NCBI GenBank assembly: GCA_963667015.2
Contig: CAXXJJ010000001.1
Coordinates: 1,184,001-1,248,000 of the forward strand
Origin: Desulfatiglandales bacterium
GTDB taxonomy: Bacteria > Desulfobacterota > DSM-4660 > Desulfatiglandales > HGW-15
DNA length: 64,000 nucleotides
Reading direction: 5' to 3'
Below are positions 57,362 through 64,000 of the stretch, in pieces. Both the position numbers and the translations under genes were made by a program. The notes beneath the pieces were generated by a model, which did not search any database, had not been told where the DNA came from, and saw only the letters and a program-made list of their open reading frames with translations. Numbering within the stretch: the first letter of the stretch is position 1; every line of letters begins with the position of its first letter.

Positions 57362-59938
57362 ATGAAAAAAGAACTTTTAAGGGCAATTTCTATAGCAGGA
57401 TTTTTTCATGATATAGGCAAGTTTGCAGAAAGAGCTTATGCATTTGAAAATGGCGATCCTGATATGGTACGTCAGGATTACAACTATGGGCACGCATATT
57501 CTACCGAGCTGGCCTTAAAAAATATTTTTCCGGAAGAAATACTATCTCATAAACTTCCAAACAGTATAGGTGTTCAGGAATGCACTATTTTAAATCTTGC
57601 GGCCCGGCATCACAAGCCCAGGCATATTTATGAAATTATGATCAGTGAAGCTGATCGTATAGCTTCCGGGCATGAAAGAGCAGGATCTGATGAAGACAGT
57701 GAGTTTGAAACAACCGGCCGTGAACGTAAAAGTCAGGTGCCTCTCCTGAGCATTCTGGGCCGAGTACATTTACAGGACAATGCTAAAAACCCGCTATCAA
57801 GAAACATGCGTTATCGGATTGCTATTCCTCCTTTTGAAAATGAAATGGAACAGTCTATTGTTTTTCCAGTTCTGCCGGAAGAATATCCAGACAGTCAGGT
57901 CAGAAAAGATTACCAAAAACATTGGCAAAATTTTGTTAACGAATTGTCGCAGCAAAAAAATTCACTTGCCCTTGATCTTGAAAAACAGTTTGATACTATT
58001 TTTGAAATATGCCGAATGTACTTATGGTGTCTGCCAGCCTCAGCGCGTAAGGAAGAAATTGAAGACGTTTCCTTGTTTGAACACCAGAAGACAACATCTG
58101 CTCTTTCAGCTTGTCTATATTGCTACCATGAAGAAAAAAAGACGTTCGAGGAACAAGCTATTCGTAGTGAAAGCGAGCAGAAATATATCCTGTTCTGTGG
58201 CGATATCAGCGGCATACAAGCATTCATCTATCAAATTTCCTCAAAAGGTGCGTACAGAACACTTAAAGGACGCTCATTTTTCATTCAACTTCTGGCCGAA
58301 ACACTGGCTCGAAAATATATGGAAACGTTTTCGTTGTCGCCTGCGAATATTCTGTATGCCAATGGAGGAAAGTTTTATTTACTTCTTCCAAATACTGATT
58401 CAGTTACCGAAGAATTGCCGAAATTAAATAATTCAATTAACTACGAGCTTTTCAAACGCTTTAACGGTGATGTTTATGTGCGCACCGGCCAAAGACTGCT
58501 TTCCAAGGGGGACTTGACTCGCCAAACCGGTAATACTTTGAGTCAGGTATGGGACGATCTGGGCCGGAAACTTGTCTTGGATGACCGGCGACGTTATTCC
58601 TCTCTCGCAAGCAAATATTATGAAAATATGTTCGGTATCGGAAATAAGACAAAAACCGATTCCTGTACAGTTTGTCACAGAGCTATGCGACCCCTAAAAG
58701 AAGGAAACGAAAAGAAATGTAAAACCTGCTTGGAAATGGAAAATATTGGCCGCAAACTGGATAGCGCTTCATATATAGTCGTGGGGGATAAAGAGGACAC
58801 ACTCGAAATAAAGCGGGAATTCGAATTATTAAAAAAACACTTCTGGCTTGTTGATAATGATTTTATTGAACAAGGTCGTTTCTACCCACGTGATCAATGT
58901 CTTGTTTGGGCGTTAAATAGCACTCAATTTGGAAAGGTAGCCGGAACTGAATCAATGTCAACAGTCAATTCTGCCCCGTTAATTGCCGGCGGTACTCACG
59001 GTTTTAGGAAAGAGTTTCAGGAAATCGCCGACGAATCTAAAGGGGTGCAGCGGCTTGGCGTGTTGCGAATGGACGTGGATAATCTAGGAAAAATATTCAG
59101 TCATGGTCTGAAGCATTACCAGCACAAAAAGGAAAAGGATACTTATCGCTTCCATTCTCTTGGGCGGATTACAACTCTGAGCTGGCAATTAAGCCTTTTT
59201 TTCGGTGTGTTGGTCCCAGGGGTTATCAAGAAAAATCAAGATTGGAGAGATCGGGTGACGGTTGTTTATTCCGGCGGAGATGATCTCTTTCTTCTTGGTG
59301 CTTGGGATGCTTTGCCTGAAGCGGCCCTGACAATCAGGAATGAATTTGAAGAGTTTACCTGCCACAACCCAATATTCACCCTGTCAGGCGGCATGGTAAT
59401 GACCGGTGGTAAGTTTCCGATTTATAAAAGCGCGGAGATGGCTGGAGAGGCAGAGTCAAAGGCAAAAAAACATATAGCAGTTTTTCAGGAAGAAAAAAGG
59501 AAATCAGAGAGAAAAAATTCGTTCACGTTTCTAGATACTCCAATGTGCTGGATGGAGTTCGAATCTGTCAACAGGGTAAAAAATGAGCTCTACCCCTTGC
59601 TGTGTGAAAAGGATAATCGTCCTCTGCTAAATCGCTTGAGAGATATTGCATCCTCATGGGCGGAGAGCAGGGAAAGGATGCTCCGCAATGGAGAGCAACA
59701 AAGTGTTGAGCATATCAGACGCCAATTAATGGCCCAAAAATGGCGCTGGCGAATGGTGTATGCTCTGGCTCGTTTCAGCCAGGGCCATCAATCAATTCAG
59801 AAAGTGATTGAGACGTTACAACAATTTATACTTGGGAAGGTTGGAGGTTATCGGGATGGTATTGAATTGCTGGCAGTTTTAAGCAGATGGTGTGAACTAC
59901 AACTAAGAAGGCCAGAAAACAGAAAAGGAGGAGAGTGA
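57362..59938 (+). CDS. cas10: Type III-A Cas10/Csm1
   Basis: HD nuclease FHDIGK, GDISGIQ.FIY, GGKFYLL, Zn finger CTVC/CKTC, MDVDNLG, YSGGDD. Confidence 0.97.
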   Translation: MKKELLRAISIAGFFHDIGKFAERAYAFENGDPDMVRQDYNYGHAYSTELALKNIFPEEILSHKLPNSIGVQECTILNLAARHHKPRHIYEIMISEADRIASGHERAGSDEDSEFETTGRERKSQVPLLSILGRVHLQDNAKNPLSRNMRYRIAIPPFENEMEQSIVFPVLPEEYPDSQVRKDYQKHWQNFVNELSQQKNSLALDLEKQFDTIFEICRMYLWCLPASARKEEIEDVSLFEHQKTTSALSACLYCYHEEKKTFEEQAIRSESEQKYILFCGDISGIQAFIYQISSKGAYRTLKGRSFFIQLLAETLARKYMETFSLSPANILYANGGKFYLLLPNTDSVTEELPKLNNSINYELFKRFNGDVYVRTGQRLLSKGDLTRQTGNTLSQVWDDLGRKLVLDDRRRYSSLASKYYENMFGIGNKTKTDSCTVCHRAMRPLKEGNEKKCKTCLEMENIGRKLDSASYIVVGDKEDTLEIKREFELLKKHFWLVDNDFIEQGRFYPRDQCLVWALNSTQFGKVAGTESMSTVNSAPLIAGGTHGFRKEFQEIADESKGVQRLGVLRMDVDNLGKIFSHGLKHYQHKKEKDTYRFHSLGRITTLSWQLSLFFGVLVPGVIKKNQDWRDRVTVVYSGGDDLFLLGAWDALPEAALTIRNEFEEFTCHNPIFTLSGGMVMTGGKFPIYKSAEMAGEAESKAKKHIAVFQEEKRKSERKNSFTFLDTPMCWMEFESVNRVKNELYPLLCEKDNRPLLNRLRDIASSWAESRERMLRNGEQQSVEHIRRQLMAQKWRWRMVYALARFSQGHQSIQKVIETLQQFILGKVGGYRDGIELLAVLSRWCELQLRRPENRKGGE

Positions 59939-60342
59939 TGCGACAAGAAGAAGTGAGGAGTTGGGTTAATGATGGCCCTGCTCCAGAAGCTATAAATTCT
60001 GCAAGGAAGTTTGGAGAACAAATCAAGGAAAAAGGGCTAACAACCTCTCAAATCAGACAGGTGTTTTCAAAATTGAAGTCAATTGAGGCTAAAGGATACA
60101 GCCAACAAAGAGCTGAGTTCATGATGCTAAAACCATTCATCGCTTATGCTGCCGGTCGACAGATTAGAGTTCAGGGGCTCCAAGATCTGAAGGACAGGGT
60201 TACATGGGGTATTGATGCTGTTCTTGAAGTTAAAGAGGCAGATGAAAAAAAACAATTGGCAGAAGAACAAAAGCGTTTTCGAAATTTTTGTAAATTCTTT
60301 GAAGCGATTCTGGCATATCACCGTGCTGTTGGCGGCAAATAA
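59935..60342 (+). CDS. csm2: Type III-A small subunit Csm2 (Cas11)
   Basis: LTTSQIR, LKPFIAYAAGR, FFEAILAYHR. Confidence 0.95.
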   Translation: MMRQEEVRSWVNDGPAPEAINSARKFGEQIKEKGLTTSQIRQVFSKLKSIEAKGYSQQRAEFMMLKPFIAYAAGRQIRVQGLQDLKDRVTWGIDAVLEVKEADEKKQLAEEQKRFRNFCKFFEAILAYHRAVGGK

Positions 60343-60354
60343 TGGAGGTTAATT

Positions 60355-61164
60355 ATGAGTGATATAAAAAAGTTAGAACTTAATAAAAAGGTTTTTATAA
60401 AGGGCAAAATCATCACCAAGACCGGCATCCACATCGGTGGTTCATCGCTTGGGCTACAGATCGGAGGGGCCGATAATGTGGTGATCAGAAATCCTATTAC
60501 TAATTTGCCCTATATTCCGGGCTCATCTCTGAAAGGAAAAATGCGCTCACTTCTGGAAAAGAGTCTTGGTTTAGTTGATATAATATCAAAGAAGGATAAG
60601 AGCGGTAACCAAGTATGGGAGGGCACTCTTTGCACAAATAAGGGCGAAACAGTTGTTCAATTGTTCGGTAGCCCGGCTGAAGCAGAAGGTGTTACAAATT
60701 CAAATCATGCCCCAACCCGACTAACTGTGCGAGATGGCGATTTGCTTAATGAAGACAGATTGGCCACAGCAGAAAATACCGATATGTATTGCACTGAGAT
60801 CAAGACCGAGGTGAATATAGACAGATTAACATCTGCCGCTAATCCTCGTAATTTCGAACGGGTGCCTGCGAGTGCAGAGTTCCGTTTAGACCTTGTACTC
60901 GATATTTTTAATGTCGATATGACAAATGACAAAATGACTAGAGCAGACGAATTTTTCTGCCTCATAAAACAAGGGCTTTTGCTAATCGAGGATGACTATC
61001 TTGGCGGGCATGGTACGCGTGGTTACGGGCAGGTCGAATTTCATATCGACTCAGTTACGGAAAGGACAGCGGATGATTATCGCACGGGAAATACTGATAT
61101 GAAAATCTCAAGCTATAATGAAAATTTTGGCTATTTCATGAACCGGCAACAAACAGAGGCATGA
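60355..61164 (+). CDS. csm3: Type III-A backbone RNase Csm3
   Basis: GIHIGG, GGADNVVIRNP (catalytic D), PGSSLKGKMR, ERVP, LGGHGTRGYG. Confidence 0.96.
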   Translation: MSDIKKLELNKKVFIKGKIITKTGIHIGGSSLGLQIGGADNVVIRNPITNLPYIPGSSLKGKMRSLLEKSLGLVDIISKKDKSGNQVWEGTLCTNKGETVVQLFGSPAEAEGVTNSNHAPTRLTVRDGDLLNEDRLATAENTDMYCTEIKTEVNIDRLTSAANPRNFERVPASAEFRLDLVLDIFNVDMTNDKMTRADEFFCLIKQGLLLIEDDYLGGHGTRGYGQVEFHIDSVTERTADDYRTGNTDMKISSYNENFGYFMNRQQTEA

Positions 61165-61165
61165 C

Positions 61166-62170
61166 ATGATGTACCAATACTGTTTATCATTCATCACTCC
61201 GGCACATTTCGGAATCGAGGGCATCGGTCAGGAGCGAATTGACCACCGGGTCCGATCAGATACCCTGTGGGGGGCAATAATCCAGCAATGGCTATTGCTA
61301 TACAATGACGATCCGGAAATGCTCTGTCTGGATTCGCCTTTCATGGTCAGTTCCTGTTTCCCTTACATAAATGGCGTCCCATTCTACCCACTCCCTATAG
61401 GCACCCTTGATCATCTTATCACTAAAGCGGGTCAGGCGGAAAAACCAGAGATCAGTGTAAAGGATCTAAGAAAAGTACGTTTTGTGGCCGAGCCTTTATT
61501 CAATGAAATTGTAAATGGTGGAACCTTGCGTTTTGAGGATTTGAGACCGGATACAGTTTTTCCCTTTGATAAGATTGAACCGGAAAGCGTGATAAAAAGA
61601 AAGCCCATTTATGATATTATGCAGCGACCTCGCCTGGGTACTGATCAACTATCCGGTGGCAGCACTGAAGGAACTTTTTTTTACTGTTCTGATCAATATT
61701 TCAGCCAGGATAACGGGTTATTCTTTATTGCATCCTTCCGTGATAATGAAACAAAAAAATGCTTTGATGCAGCCTTGCGACTACTTGGTGATACTGGCCT
61801 TGGTGCTGATCGTTCAATAGGACGTGGCTTGTTTATCTTTGAAAACAAAAAATATAAACTGCCTGATAATCCGGAACTCGACGATTACCTGCTTTTGTCT
61901 CTGTACCATCCAACCAGGGAAGAGGTAGCACAAGGGATTCTTGAAGCCCCGGCAGCATATACCATGATGAAGCGTTCAGGGCATGCTGCATCCCATGTGG
62001 TCAGCAATTTCCGCCGTTATGATGTCTGGATGATAGAAGAAGGCTCGATTTTCACAACAAGGCCAGTTGGTGATGTGGTGCGTGTACTGGAGAAGTCCGA
62101 ACTGATTCCCCACAATGTCTATAGATGTGGGCAGGCCTTCTGCATACCAATACAATTGAAAAATGTCTGA
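61166..62170 (+). CDS. csm4: Type III-A Csm4
   Basis: HFG, RSDTLWGA, SSCFP, GLGADRSIGRG. Confidence 0.95.
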   Translation: MMYQYCLSFITPAHFGIEGIGQERIDHRVRSDTLWGAIIQQWLLLYNDDPEMLCLDSPFMVSSCFPYINGVPFYPLPIGTLDHLITKAGQAEKPEISVKDLRKVRFVAEPLFNEIVNGGTLRFEDLRPDTVFPFDKIEPESVIKRKPIYDIMQRPRLGTDQLSGGSTEGTFFYCSDQYFSQDNGLFFIASFRDNETKKCFDAALRLLGDTGLGADRSIGRGLFIFENKKYKLPDNPELDDYLLLSLYHPTREEVAQGILEAPAAYTMMKRSGHAASHVVSNFRRYDVWMIEEGSIFTTRPVGDVVRVLEKSELIPHNVYRCGQAFCIPIQLKNV

Positions 62171-62182
62171 CATGGTGGAAAA

Positions 62183-63622
62183 ATGAACTATCATAAAATA
62201 CGAACCGTGTATAAATGCGTCATAGATATATTGACACCAGTACATGTAGGGTCTGGTGAAAAGCTGGTAGAGCATTTTGATTTTTTACATCAAGGTGACA
62301 AAATTCATATGATTAATTCTTCAAAATTGTTTACTGCCATTCAAAAATTGGGTTCAGAAAAAATCCAGGAATTTACACTGGCAGTTGAAGATGGAAATAT
62401 CGTAGAATGGTTGCAAGAACAGGGCATACGTCCGAATGGTATCGCCTCCTATTCTCTTGTATTTACTGGACAAAAGACACCAAGAGAAATCCATGCTCAA
62501 ATCCGTGACGCTTTTGGAAATCCATTGATCCCTGGAAGTTCCTTGAAAGGAGCATTACGCACCGCTATTATTCGAAAATTGGCGAAGGCAGAAGACCATT
62601 TCCAGGAAAAAGCAAAGGCAAAGGGGATCAAACCGAAATATATGGATCAAGGAATATGTGGAGCACTGTTGGGACGAGATCCGAAAGAAAACCTGCTGCG
62701 TACTTTATCAGTCGGAGATTATGCTTTCGAATCCGACCAAACAAGCATACAACAAGTATGGGTAAACCGCTTGACAAGTAAAACCAATTTGGCAGGTAAA
62801 TTTCCAATTCATATAGAAGGAATCAGCAATAATACTAATACTCAAGGCATTATCTCTTTTGACGAATTTCTTCCTGAAAAAGACAGCGAAAAAAAATGCT
62901 TCAACTTCAAGGACAGATTGTCCAAAGATTGGTTGATTGACGCCTGCCGGAGTCTAACCCAACATACCGTTGAAACAGAGCTTCAATTCTTGGAAGGCAA
63001 GAGCGGCAAGCCGGTTGAAGGACTCTATAGATTTTACACCAGACTTTCTGAACAGATTAAAAACCTTAAACAAAACGAAGTCATTATACAAATGGCGTGG
63101 GGCTCAGGATGGCGAGGTATGACAGGACAACTACTGGAGAGTGACGACCTAACCGATGATTTAAGGAAAAAGCTTAAATTGGAAGTCAAGTATCTTTCTT
63201 TTCCATTTCCCAAAAGCCGTCGTGTTGTCAATGTTAGAGGTGCAGAGCTTCCGATGGGTTGGATAAAACTTTCTTTTATGCCAATGGAGGACGTCAAAAA
63301 GGCGGAAAAGGAGAGGCAACAGCAGCAAATATCATTACAGAAAGAACGCCAAGGATGTGATGTTGAAGAAAATCATCGCCAGGAAATACTGGCTGATTTC
63401 AAAAACATCCTGCCAAAATCCCAGGATCTGCCTGGACAGATCACTCTCTTGATTGAGAAGATAAAGGTTCAAGAGGATGAGAATGTCAGGCGGGATATGG
63501 CTGGCGAACTGCTCGCTCTCGCACACTCTGACAAAAAGAGGTTTAAAAAGGCCAAGAATGCTGGTAAGCAGTGGGTTGAAAAATTGATCAGTCTGTGCAG
63601 TGAAGTTGGTTTAGAAGTTTAG
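62183..63622 (+). CDS. csm5: Type III-A Csm5 with a C-terminal extension
   Basis: LTPVHVGSG, IPGSSLKGALRTA, WGSGW, PKSRR, PMGW. Confidence 0.93.
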   Translation: MNYHKIRTVYKCVIDILTPVHVGSGEKLVEHFDFLHQGDKIHMINSSKLFTAIQKLGSEKIQEFTLAVEDGNIVEWLQEQGIRPNGIASYSLVFTGQKTPREIHAQIRDAFGNPLIPGSSLKGALRTAIIRKLAKAEDHFQEKAKAKGIKPKYMDQGICGALLGRDPKENLLRTLSVGDYAFESDQTSIQQVWVNRLTSKTNLAGKFPIHIEGISNNTNTQGIISFDEFLPEKDSEKKCFNFKDRLSKDWLIDACRSLTQHTVETELQFLEGKSGKPVEGLYRFYTRLSEQIKNLKQNEVIIQMAWGSGWRGMTGQLLESDDLTDDLRKKLKLEVKYLSFPFPKSRRVVNVRGAELPMGWIKLSFMPMEDVKKAEKERQQQQISLQKERQGCDVEENHRQEILADFKNILPKSQDLPGQITLLIEKIKVQEDENVRRDMAGELLALAHSDKKRFKKAKNAGKQWVEKLISLCSEVGLEV

Positions 63623-63811
63623 CTTTCAAGTCCTTGTTCCCTTTTTTGACAATACCATTTTACAGATTAGGGAATACGATGTCCTATAAAGAACAGTGTT
63701 ATAGATATTTACAGCAGGATTGAAAAGTTTTCACAGGAAAACAGGAGTAAGTTTGAAGATTCAATAGAGTGATAAAACGACAGGTTTTATTAAATTTAAA
63801 GGTGTTATGGC

Positions 63812-64000
63812 ATGGCTAATGTTATTAAAAATAAAAAGCAACTTATCCGGAACTCCACTGCTGAGTTTTTAATGTTTACCTCCCAGGCCAATGAAGACAG
63901 CATTGAAGTTCGGGTGCAGACTGAGACTATCTGGTTGTCACAAAAAATGATGGCAACCTTATTTGATTGCAGCACTGATAATATCTCTCTTCATCTGAAA
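63812..64000 (+). CDS. RhuM-family protein, partial
   Basis: IRNSTAEFLMFT...ETIWLSQKMMATLFD.STDNISLHLK; runs off the window. Confidence 0.8.
   Translation, partial: MANVIKNKKQLIRNSTAEFLMFTSQANEDSIEVRVQTETIWLSQKMMATLFDCSTDNISLHLK

Noticed and set aside
57780..58427. 215-aa alternative-frame ORF inside cas10, and the many antisense ORFs in the track
   Set aside because: Fully overlap well-supported genes and show no recognisable motifs

Overview
A ~40% GC chromosomal window from an anaerobe. Gene content (sigma54-regulated Orange-protein-like cluster, Sec-formate dehydrogenase, deltaproteobacterial-type IHF, alaC-hom-apgM) suggests Desulfobacterota; this is inference only. Layout: (1) 1-8.8 kb, a minus-strand ORP/NifX/MinD-ferredoxin/NifU/Mrp metal-cluster operon with an OrpR-like PAS-AAA+ activator and a sigma54 promoter. 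(2) 9-28 kb, an accessory stretch of co-oriented small genes with a VapBC TA pair, an intact IS1182 with IRs and a 4-bp target duplication, several gene relics and a divergent purM. (3) 28-51 kb, mostly core genes: frameshifted pgeF, large (Alu-containing) SRP RNA, ihfB, hisC-cmk-rpsA-sppA, pilD plus a two-component system, selenocysteine fdhA, alaC-hom-apgM-thiD, and a DHFR resembling the mobile DfrA1 family. (4) 51.5-64 kb, a type III-A CRISPR-Cas interference locus (cas6, NE0113-type CARF, cas10, csm2-5). It is interrupted by a TA pair, an unknown Zn-finger protein and a relic second cas10 start, and faces a divergent ParB-HTH-DNA methyltransferase with a sigma54-like promoter and enhancer. 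No CRISPR array, cas1 or cas2 lies in the window. All calls come from reading sequence and motifs by eye; no searches were run.
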